Shown here piece by piece: positions 1-9,436 of a DNA stretch of 48,191 nt. A model generated the notes under the pieces. That model was not told the DNA's origin. It worked only from the letters and a program-made list of their open reading frames with translations, and did no database searches. Origin of the DNA: Octopus bimaculoides (lineage: Eukaryota); contig NC_069007.1 in NCBI RefSeq assembly GCF_001194135.2, positions 9,987,262-10,035,452 on the forward strand, written 5' to 3'. A program made the position numbers and the translations under genes. The first letter of the stretch is position 1. The number at the start of each line of letters is the position of its first letter.

Positions 1-308
1 AGTACCGCCTGACTGGCTCCTGTAGGATTTTCGAGCGAGATCGTTGCCAGTGCCCCTGGACTGGCTTGTGCGGGTGGCACATAAAAGACACCATTTCGAG
101 CGTGGCCGTTTTCGTGCGGGTGACACGTAAAAGCACCCACTACACTCTCTGAGTGGTTGGCGTTAGGAAGGGCATCCAGCTGTAGAAACTCTGCCAAATC
201 AGACTGGAGCCTGGTGTTGCCATCCGGTTTCACCAGTCCTCAGTCAAATCGTCCAACCCATGCTAGCATGGAAAGCGGACGTTAAACGATAATGATGATG
301 ATGATGAT
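1..308 (+). mobile_element. SINE/RTE-tail repeat (family B), 3' part ending in (GAT)n
   Basis: Tail GTCCAACCCATGCTAGCATGGAAAGCGGACGTTAAACGAT(GAT)n recurs at 2221, 28378, 37590, 39995 and 42530. Confidence 0.85.
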
Positions 309-313
309 ATATA

Positions 314-634
314 GGAGCACTCCATCACTTACGACAACAAGGGTCTCAGTTGATACAATGGGACAGCTTGCTCGCGAAATTAACATGCAAGTGGATGAGC
401 TCTCCACAGACATGTGTATCCTTAACGTAGTTCTCAGGGAGATTCAGCATGACACAGAGTGTAACAGGGCTGGCCCTTTGAAATACAGGTACCACTCATT
501 TTTGCCAGCTGAGCAGACTGGAGCAACATGAAATAAAGTGTCTTGCTGAAAGACACAACACGCTGCCGGAAATTGAACTCACGACCTTACAATCATGAGC
601 CGAATGCCCTAACCACTAAGCCACATGCCTTCAC
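314..634 (-). mobile_element. tRNA-derived SINE (family C-related)
   Basis: 3' half (TTAACATGCAAGTGG..CTCCACAGAC..TAACGTAG) matches the copies at 40409 and 43314; tRNA-like head on the minus strand near 570-634. Confidence 0.8.
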
Positions 635-645
635 ATATGTATATA

Positions 646-1032
646 TTCTTTTACCTTTTTACTTGTTTCAGTCATTTTGACTGTGGCCCTGCTGGAGCAC
701 CACCTTTAGTTGAACAAATCGACCCCAGGACTTGTTCTTTGTAAGCCTAGTACTTATCCTATCAGTCTCTTTTGCCAAGCCGCTAAGTTATGGGAATGTA
801 AACACACCATCAGTTATCAAGTGATGGTGGGGGCATAAACACAGACACAAAAACATATACATATACACATATATATGTGACTGGCTTCTTTCAATTTCCG
901 TCAACCAAATCCACTGACAAGGCTTTGGTCGGCCCAAGGCTATAGCAGAAGACACTTGACCAAGGTGCCACACAGGGGCACTCATGGGAATCATGTGGTT
1001 CGGAAGCAAGCTTCTTACCATACAGCCATGCC
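646..1032 (-). mobile_element. tRNA-headed SINE (family A), near full length
   Basis: Reverse complement of the family A unit at 17592-17995, including the internal (TA)/(CA) microsatellite. Confidence 0.9.
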
Positions 1033-1402
1033 TATGCCTATTATATATATAGAATATAAAGTATATATATTTAATTATATATTATATGAATTATATACAT
1101 ACATACATATATACATACAAACGCATATATGCACACATGCAGGTGCATTCATATATCTATCTATCTATATATATATATATNNNNNNNNNNNNNNNNNNNN
1201 NNNNNNNNNNNNNNNNNNNNNNNNNNNNNNNNNNNNNNNNNNNNNNNNNNNNNNNNNNNNNNNNNNNNNNNNNNNNNNNNNNNNNNNNNNNNNNNNNNNN
1301 NNNNNNNNNNNNNNNNNNNNNNNNNNNNNNNNNNNNNNNNNNNNNNNNNNNNNNNNNNNNNNNNNNNNNNNNNNNNNNNNNNNNNNNNNNNNNNNNNNNN
1401 NC

Positions 1403-1433
<31 letters not shown>

Positions 1434-2142
1434 TGTGGGTGGATGTGGGTGTACATATATTATATATAAATGGCTTTCAGAGTCTGTCTTCATTTTGGAT
1501 AAAATTGGACAAGAGGAAAGAGAAAAATAAATCAAAACAAAACAAAAACATTCTAGCAATCATTTTGAATTTTCTAATTTCGCAGTAAAATTATTTGAGT
1601 CATGTTTAATTAAGAATTAAACAGGTTTCCATAAATATAACAAAATTCTTTCTAAATGATAATAAAATATAAATTTTTTTTTTAGAATTTCTGCAATGCA
1701 AAATTAAACCATTTTAATCACTGAGATGATGCAGTCAGCAGGTATTAATTCCAGCTGTCACAGTTTGCGAATTTTCAAATTTAGATTATCCTGATAAATG
1801 AAAGCTCTTTATATTTGCAATAAAATTATGAGATTGTGGTAGAAATATAAAAATGTTTTAATATTTTTTGAAAAAAATATTCGGTTCCATAATTGACGAT
1901 AGCAGTTTCAATATGAAGTTGGGAATTATTTTTAGAGATTTTGAAAATATTTTGTTCGGTGGAGTGTCTGTATGTGTGCTACATGTTGTTTGCTATATGA
2001 CAGTTGAGTTATATTGCAATGTGTTTGTTTGTATGTAGGGGTGGTGGTAGCGACATTCGGGTATATAAGGTGTAATCAATTATGATATCTACATATATGT
2101 ATGTGTGTGTGAGTGTGTGTGTATTTACACACACATACACAC

Positions 2143-2175
<33 letters not shown>

Positions 2176-2185
2176 NNNNNNNNNN

Positions 2186-2220
<35 letters not shown>

Positions 2221-2221
<1 letters not shown>

Positions 2222-2409
2222 CGGGCACGTAAAAGCACCCACTACACTCTCGGTGTGGTTGGCATTAGGATGGGCATCCAGCTGTAGAAACTCTGCCAAA
2301 TCAGATTGGAGCCTGGTGTCGCCTCCTGGTCCATCAGTCCTCAGTCAAATCGTCCAACCCATGCTAGCATGGAAAGCGGACGTTAAACGACGACAATGAT
2401 GATGATGAT
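2221..2409 (+). mobile_element. Family B SINE/RTE tail, 5' truncated, following (TA)n
   Basis: High similarity to 120-308. Confidence 0.85.
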
Positions 2410-2879
2410 AACAAATTAAAAGGGTAGCTTATTAGCAATTAGAACCTAAAGCCAAAATTAATAGTCACAAAAGTGATGGACGGTACTGTATAGCATCATT
2501 TATTCTAAAATAAGAGTTAAATTAATTCCTAAGCCACTAAAGCACTATGCTTAATGACTGACAAAGGGAGGTAAGTCCCTAGCGTATATAGCCTATCACG
2601 ATTTCGAATTTTGGTGTAGACCACCTTAACTCTCATTCGCGGCTCTTAATGCCTAGGGTTAAACTCAACTTCCTTTGTCATTTGTTAAAATCATTTGCTG
2701 ATTTTCAAAACATTAAAAGTGTAAGCAACAAATTAAAAAGGGTGGTTTATTAACAATTAGAACCTAAAGGCAAAATTAACAGAGGTCACAAAAGTGATGG
2801 CGGGCACTGACTAGCACCACTTACGTTAAATTAAGAGTTAAATTAACTCTAAAAACTACTAAAGCACTATATTTAATGA

Positions 2880-2885
<6 letters not shown>
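2409..2885 (-). mobile_element. Partial tandem repeat (about 155 bp direct repeats around a spacer), Penelope pLTR-like
   Basis: 2409-2562 resembles 2725-2885; the spacer holds a degenerate hammerhead-like fold on the minus strand; ends in (TA)n. Confidence 0.5.
2590..2644 (-). ncRNA. Degenerate type I hammerhead-like motif
   Basis: Minus strand: AGCC-GCGAATGA-GAGTT AA GGTG GTCTA CACC AA AATTC-GAAA-TCGTGA-TA-GGCT. Stems I, II and III pair, but the core deviates from CUGANGA. Confidence 0.35.
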
Positions 2886-2913
<28 letters not shown>

Positions 2914-2914
2914 G

Positions 2915-3100
2915 TGTCAAGCCAAGTGAGATTGTAGTCATGACCGATACCAGTTTGACATAACTGGCCTGTTAAAAGCACCCTTCAAATGTTGGGTGAT
3001 ATGGTGTGCTTGTGAATACCTGCTGAGCCGAGTGAAATCCTAGTCACAGCTGATGCCAGTGTCATCTGACTGGCACCTGTGCCAGTGACACATAACAAGC
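2915..3100 (+). mobile_element. Degenerate family B internal fragment
   Basis: GCCAGTGTCATCTGACTGGC and AAAAGCACCC motifs are shared with family B. Confidence 0.55.
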
Positions 3101-3486
3101 ACCGTTTATTATTTTTTTTTTTTGGCCCCAGAAGAATAAAAGGCAAAGCTGCCTATAGTGAAGATTGATCTCAGAACATAAGAATCCAAATTAAACAGTT
3201 CAATTCATTATATATGACAACGACTTCTACCTGGTCATCTCACCTCACGTGTTCTGTAACCTGATTTCACAGTAACACTAAATACAGGTCCATATATTTA
3301 TTTATTCAGTAGCTGCACAATGTTGGTCTTCAAGTTAATTGCTGTCCTTCCTATACTATTATGCAAAACAGTTGTGTCTAGACATGCTCGTTTACATTTT
3401 TAATAAGTAGTCTTCAGCTACTGTCATCATCAGAAGTTTAGGGATGGAGTAATGAGTCGTTCTTGGTGAATTATTAAATAATAGAC

Positions 3487-3621
3487 GCAGGCATGGCTCT
3501 GTGGTAAGAAGTTTGCTTCCCGACCACATGGTTCCAGGTTCAAGTGTGTCACCTACTATAGCCCCAGGCTGACCAAAGCCTTGTGAGTGGATTTGGTAAA
3601 CAGAAAGTGAAAGAAGCCCAT
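3487..3621 (+). mobile_element. Family A SINE 5' half, truncated
   Basis: GGCTCTGTGGTAAGAAGTTTGCTTCC..CCAAAGCCTTGTGAGTGGATTTGG..GAAAGAAGCCC. Confidence 0.85.
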
Positions 3622-3625
3622 CATG

Positions 3626-4958
3626 GGCTTGTTGATTTGTTGTGTGTAATTAGCTCACGTGTTCGATTTTTTAAGGTTTTGGAAACACAGCCATGCATGC
3701 GCAAATCAACAAAAAAAAACATTTCTAAAGAAAGCCTTAAAAAATCATTTCTACGGAAAACTTTGCGGGAAGCAGTTCGCTTTGACTTGTGTCAAAAATG
3801 ATATATGATATATTACCATATATTGGAGATTTTGATGCGGCGTATTCGTTTCTGAAGGAGAAGAAAGTTCTGAATAGTGTCACTCCTCGACGTTCGTATT
3901 GCCAGAAAGAAATGACACTCATAAAACATAAGGAAGGGAAGCTATTTCTTTGCCCTACACATAAAACTGCAAAAGAGTCCATTAGGAAGTCTTCTTTTCT
4001 GGCAAACTCTAAATTACGATTACAGGATTTTATTCTTGTAACGTATTTGTGGTCCCATAATACAGCCCTTCATACATCAACTGAGATGACTGGTCTCTCA
4101 AATTCTACTGTTGTTTAATGGTACCAGTACATGAGGGACATTACAAGCAATTCTCTCTTGCGTAACCCCTACCAAATTTGTGGACTTGGGCACATCGTAG
4201 AAATAGATGAATCTATGATGTGCAAACGTAAATACAAAAGAGGTACAATGCCACAGGAGAGGTGGGTTTTTGGAGGATGGGATAGAGAGGATAAAAAAGG
4301 ATTTCTAGTCTTTGTACCTGACCGTTCTTCGGAAACTCTTTTACCCCTTATCAAGAAATTTATCAAACCAGGTACTACTGTGTATTCTGATTGTTGGAGT
4401 GCCTATAATGGGATTACTGAAATAGATGTGAACCCCAAATATACCCATTTCAAGGTGAACCATTCTAAAAATTTTGTTGATCCAACAACAGGTGTTCATA
4501 CCAATTCGGTTGAGTGTTATTGGAAGAACGCAAAACGACGATTTAAAACTATGATGGGGGTACACGCGGACATGGTCGAATCATATCTCGACGAATTTCT
4601 TTGGAGAGAACAGTATGGTAAAATGGGAAATGAATGTTTTGAAAACATTCTGAAGCACCTTTCAGAATGGTTCANNNNNNNNNNNNNNNNNNNNNNNNNN
4701 NNNNNNNNNNNNNNNNNNNNNNNNNNNNNNNNNNNNNNNNNNNNNNNNNNNNNNNNNNNNNNNNNNNNNNNNNNTTTTGTTTTTTTATCACATTACATTT
4801 TGATGTAATTATAATCTAAATTGTCTGTAAAGATTTGTAGAAAATTTCACTAAAAATATCTGAAATAACTTCTGAAAGTTATGGGGAAACGAAGTCGCTG
4901 GGTAACAAACATGCTTGGTATTCCAAAATTTGCCGGCATTGAGTCTAAATTAGAACCC
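3626..4958 (+). mobile_element. Merlin DNA transposon; probable right end, left terminus not seen
   Basis: Contains the transposase; the downstream about 190 bp ending GCCGGCATTGAGTCTAAATTAGAACC is repeated at 7915-8102. Confidence 0.6.
3798..4673 (+). pseudogene. Merlin (IS1016/IS1595, ISXO2-like) DDE transposase with one in-frame stop
   Basis: GHIVEIDES, WVFGG, YSDCW, VNHSKNFVDPTTGVHTNSVECYW and YLDEFLWR motifs. ORFs 3789-4118 and 4131-4673 are in the same frame, separated by TAA at 4116-4118. The end is hidden by a gap. Confidence 0.92.
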
Positions 4959-4989
4959 ACAATGAACGATTGCTTAATACTAATGTTTG

Positions 4990-5162
4990 TGGATTAGGAA
5001 AAAACTTTTCAAATATAAAGAGAAAGTATACAAAGATAAATATTTTCCATCTTGCTGCTATTTAGTTTTGAAAAATAAAATATGTCTTATGGTTTATTGT
5101 TGCTTATATTTTGAATTACAGACATATAAGGACACCAAAATATCCTTTTCTACTTTAGGCAC
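4990..5162 (-). mobile_element. hAT-like subterminal fragment, cut at the LTR junction
   Basis: Similar to 7690-7862 and to the reverse complement of 43087-43230. Confidence 0.55.
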
Positions 5163-5420
5163 TGTGGTGTATGCGTGCGAGTAGATGCAATCGTCTTACC
5201 TCGGTTTTCCTTTCGTCTGTCTTGCGGTATCCGATCCTCGAAGCTTGCCCCGACCCGAAGAACACTAGGAATAGCAGCTGCTTCTCCCAAACCGAGACCG
5301 TTGCTTAGCACGACTTCTCCTGACCACGACCCCGTTCGAAAAAGGCACGAATCCGATCGAGGCCCCCTCTGCCCTTCTTCCTCTTCCGGTCAGCTCCCCA
5401 GTCACTGACGTCATACCACA
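5163..5420 (-). mobile_element. LTR 1 (3' LTR of a Gypsy-type element)
   Basis: TG...CA ends; preceded on the minus strand by purine-rich AAGATCAGGGTGGCG (PPT) and an integrase; homologous to 6843-7131. Confidence 0.9.
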
Positions 5421-5452
5421 CGCCACCCTGATCTTAAAGATCACGTTCACCC

Positions 5453-6180
5453 CTACTCCAATTCGAAGTCCGCCATCCAACCGGGTGGGCGCCTTACATG
5501 CCGAGATCTTCTCAAGCCGGGTGGCTCGTTTCCATCGCGCTCTTCATCGGACGAGGTGGCTATCCTGCGCAGATCCAGCACGTGACGCGGCATTCCATCC
5601 ACAGATACATTATTTCTGGAAGTGACCGCTGTCACTGTTCCCCTGCCCCATTGTGATGTGCAGCGTGCCTTCGGCGGCTTGACCCAAACTTCCTCCCCTN
5701 NNNNNNNNNNNNNNNNNNNNNNNNNNNNNNNNNNNNNNNNNNNNNNNNNNNNNNNNNNNNNNNNNNNNNNNNNNNNNNNNNNNNNNNNNNNNNNNNNNNN
5801 NNNNNNNNNNNNNNNNNNNNNNNNNNNNNNNNNNNNNNNNNNNNNNNNNNNNNNNNNNNNNNNNNNNNNNNNNNNNNNNNNNNNNNGGGATGCCTCCATT
5901 CATACTTGAACACTGCTCTGTGCGGCACAGACTCTTCCGCTTGTCCGGATCGGGGAGACATGTTATACCAGTAGACCGCTTCCAGGGGCAAAATGTGCCC
6001 CCTTTCAGCCATGGCCTTGATCGTCCGATGGTGCCTCTCAACGATTCCGTTGCCACTCGGCCTATACGCCGCTCTAAATAATCGTCGCACCTTCCATCGG
6101 TCAAGCATCTCTCCCAACGCTTCCGAACGAAACGCCGCCCCGTTGTCCATTAGCAGTTCTTCCACGAGACCCCTCTCGAG
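5453..6180 (-). pseudogene. Gypsy-type integrase, second half of the catalytic core plus C-terminus (gap inside)
   Basis: [38 protein letters not shown] (rve D..E); C-terminal VWVKPP..SQWGRGTV..SVDGMPRHV. Confidence 0.92.
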
Positions 6181-6842
6181 ATATTTCCTTTATTCCGTCA
6201 ATGGGGTGCTACGGGTTTATTACTAGAATATGAAGATATGTTTCCATACCAAAATGACCTCAAAGAATTGGCTGCCAAACATGCATACAGCAAAGATGAT
6301 ATACAAAGAATACAACAATTGGCAGAACAAAATAACTTGGAAGTAATTCCTTTGGTTCAAACATTTGGTCATTTTGAGATGTTTTAGACACAGTAAAACT
6401 GATGATTGACCAAATTCTCTCATTGCATCCTCGCAGTCACCGTTTCCATATTGGAGCCGATGAGGTTTATCACATAGGGTTCTGTGAGCGGTGCAAGAAG
6501 ACAATGGCTTCAGAGAACTTAACAAACCAACAGATGTTCTTTGTTCATATTGAGAAAGTTGTGAAATATGTGAAATTGTGTAATATGTGTAAATGCAATC
6601 ATCTGACTGTTCTCATGTGGGATGATATGAGGTTTTGTGAACTGGCTCTTCTTAAAGAATCTAAACTAGGTGATCTTGTGGAACCAATGGTATGGCACTA
6701 TGTAACACAATTCGTCCTACCTAATGATATTTGGGACCGTTATTCCAAAGTATTTCCAAACATTTGGTTCGCAAGTTCTTTCAAAGGTGCTACCAGTTCT
6801 TCTGCCTACTTGACGAATATTATGTATCATGCCGAAATAGCT
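6181..6842 (+). pseudogene. HEXD: Processed, intronless fragment of hexosaminidase D (GH20), frameshifted by an internal deletion
   Basis: [37 protein letters not shown], then after a frame change MIDQILSLHP..FHIGADEVY..MWDDM..VEPMVWHY..WFASSFKGA; collinear with recalled human HEXD (HEXDC). Confidence 0.93.
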
Positions 6843-7131
6843 TGTGGTGTATGCGTGCGAGTAGATGTAATCGCCTTACCTAGGTTTTCCTTTCGTCGAC
6901 TGCGAGTCTGTCTTGCGGTATCCAATCCTTGAAGCTTGCCCCGACCCAAAGAACACTAGGAATAGCAGCTGCTTCTCCCAAACCTAGACCGTTGCTAAGC
7001 ACGTCTTCTCCTAACCACGACCCCGTTCTAAAATGCGCACGAATCCCGATTGAGGCTCGCTCTGCCCTTCTTCCTCTTCCGGTCAACTCGCCCGTCCGGT
7101 CAGCCTCCCCAGTCACTGACGTCATATCACA
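6843..7131 (-). mobile_element. LTR 2
   Basis: TG...CA ends; homologous to LTR 1, with two extra short segments and scattered substitutions. Confidence 0.9.
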
Positions 7132-7281
7132 TTTAACAATTTGGCTATAACAAAGGAGAAATATTTAATAATCGGTTGTAACTGAGACACAATATCTGCA
7201 AATTCCTTCGCTTCTTCATAACTTTCAGAAAAACGAATATTTTTCAATGAAATTTTCAAATATACATGCTGATACACATCA

Positions 7282-7536
7282 CATAATGTTTTCAAAACTC
7301 CCACAGGGGGTCCGTGGACAGCAAATACAATTTGATTTTATATATGTTTTTTAATCGAAATCATTTAATTGACAGTAAACCTATTTGTTAAATACTGTTA
7401 AATAAATAAATGTAAAAATATATGATATTTTAAGGAAATATTTATGTATAAATTTCATAAGCGTTTATAAGGGGGTCCCTAAGGTAAAGCCTGAAATATA
7501 AAGGGGTCCGCAAGTCAAAAAGTTTGAAAACCCCTG
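7282..7536. mobile_element. hAT/Charlie-like MITE
   Basis: Right TIR AGTTTGAAAACCCCTG; degenerate left TIR CATAATGTTTTCAAAACT; internal GGGGTCC repeats; no clean TSD. Confidence 0.55.
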
Positions 7537-7689
7537 ACTTAAGGCATCAAAAAAGAGAAGGAGCTCCACAGAAATGGTAAATGGTTCACAGCACAAAACA
7601 AAATCACTAAACTTGCTAAAATAATATTCGAAGTGGTGTTTATTATTGGAAATATGATGATTTCGAAGTGTTCATGTTGCCATAGTGAG

Positions 7690-7890
7690 GATCTGATCAA
7701 AATCTTTTCAAATATAAAGTGACAGTATATAAAAATAAACATTATTTTCCATCTTCCAATTAGTTTTGTTGCATTTTTAAAGATAAAATATATCTTATGA
7801 CTTCTTGTTTATATTTTGTATTACATATATAAAGGGACACCAAAATCTTTTAAGTACTTAGGGCCTCTACGGGTTTTAGTTTCAGCCCCG
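7690..7890 (-). mobile_element. hAT-like element terminus
   Basis: Reverse complement begins CGGGGCTGAAACTAAAACCCGTAGAGGCCCTAAG, matching CAGGGCTAGG..TAGAGGCCCTTAGCAC at 43087. Confidence 0.6.
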
Positions 7891-8102
7891 TCTGCATGTG
7901 TGTGCGCGACCACCATTTTGTTTTTGTTTTTTTATCACATTACATTTTGATGTAATTATAATCTAAATTGTTTGAAAAGATTTGTAGAAAATTTCACTAA
8001 AAATATCCATATTTCTGAAAGTTATGGGGAAACAAAGTTGCTGGGTAACAGACATGTATAGGTATTCCAAAATTTGCCGGCATTGAGTCTAAATTAGAAT
8101 CC
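7891..8102 (+). mobile_element. Second copy of the Merlin-associated 3' terminal region
   Basis: Direct repeat of 4776-4958. Confidence 0.6.
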
Positions 8103-8109
8103 ACTAACT

Positions 8110-8485
8110 TAACTGGTATTCTATTTTATCAACCTCAAAAAAGTGAAAGACAAAGCTAACTTTGGTAGGATTGGAACTCACAGCATAAAGAGTTGGAAGA
8201 AATACTGCTAAACATTTTGTCCGACCCACTAACTTTTCGTAGTCCGGCCCCATCCTAAGGAATGGCTTCTAATTTATGCTCAAAACCAGAGATTTCTTTC
8301 CTTTTGAGGAATGATTTCAATCGATTACATTGACCCATTGCGCAACTGGTGCGTTGTTTCATCGAGCCCAGATGTATGAAAGGCAAAGTTGATCTCGGCG
8401 GAATTTGAACTTGAAATGTTAAGAGCTGAAATACCGCAGGAGATTTTATTTTCCGACGTTCTAACGATTCTGCCAGCTCAAGTCA
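8110..8485 (-). mobile_element. Two degenerate SINE (family D) fragments
   Basis: AACTGGT..TTTATC..GAAAGGCAAAGTTGATCTCGGCGGAATTTGAACT motif appears twice. Confidence 0.7.
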
Positions 8486-9436
8486 AATGATAAGGTCGTT
8501 CCTTGATTGTTGTTTCTTAATTCCAGGTCAACCATTATGGAGCAAATGTACAATCAAATGCATTCCACCCACGACCATCGTCTTTTTTATTGTGGAGAGA
8601 TATCTAAGACAAAATTACCTATTGTGTGTGTGTGTTCGTGCATGTGTGTGTGTGTCCTTTAATTTTAAGACATGTAATATGGAGGGAGATTTGGTTGCTA
8701 CTTCTAGCAAACAGAGCGACTTCATAGCGACTCCCTGTGGGACCCATGTTATACAATAGTGCCGATATTAATAATATAAATATAACTATAGCTCACAATC
8801 TGTTAGGAAAATATTTATGGAACTGTGATGCATACATTCAAGTGGAGATTGAAAATGGAAGATTTGTTTTTATTTGCAATAATTAATGATAAAGATATCA
8901 TTCAGAAATTGTTTCAGTTCATTAGAACGTTTCCATTTTTGTCCTTTTTTTCTTTTTTTCTCTGCAAGTGATTTATTAAAATATATTTTAATTTACGGTC
9001 TACTTTTAAAGTTCGAATAAAATGTTAATTTTTCAAAAATTAGTTTTTGAATTTCACGACTATTTAACGGAGTTAAACGAAACGAAAAGCAAAATTACGA
9101 AGATAATAATTATGATTTTCTTTTTATATTTCATAAATAATTTCAAAATTAACTTGGTAATTTGTACAAACTAATTATATTAAATCTAATTAATCTTTTT
9201 ATCTAAATTTTGTTAATGAAATGTTCAGTGAGACGTCTGAGGTTACATTGGAATGTTGTGTCGTCTGCTCCGTACGTCAGCATTAGAGAAAATTACTCTC
9301 CGACACTGAAACACACTCACAACCTTCCAAATTCAGCAATTTTATATCGATTATCATAGATATTGCTTTGATTCCTGAAAACAAGCAATATTCTTTCTCA
9401 ATAAGTGAACGTTTTCAAGTGTGCAGAGCAGTCGAT

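Noticed and set aside
7132-7200. Continuation of HEXD after LTR 2
   Set aside because: No frame gives the expected GxxLTGWQRYDH region.
7122-7304. 60 aa minus-strand ORF beside LTR 2
   Set aside because: Its DNA resembles the inverted non-coding terminal region at 4830-4900 and 7980-8040, and it starts inside a MITE.
9368-9436. N-terminal extension of the MCMDC2 ORF from TTG
   Set aside because: Non-ATG start; homology begins near ATG 9437.
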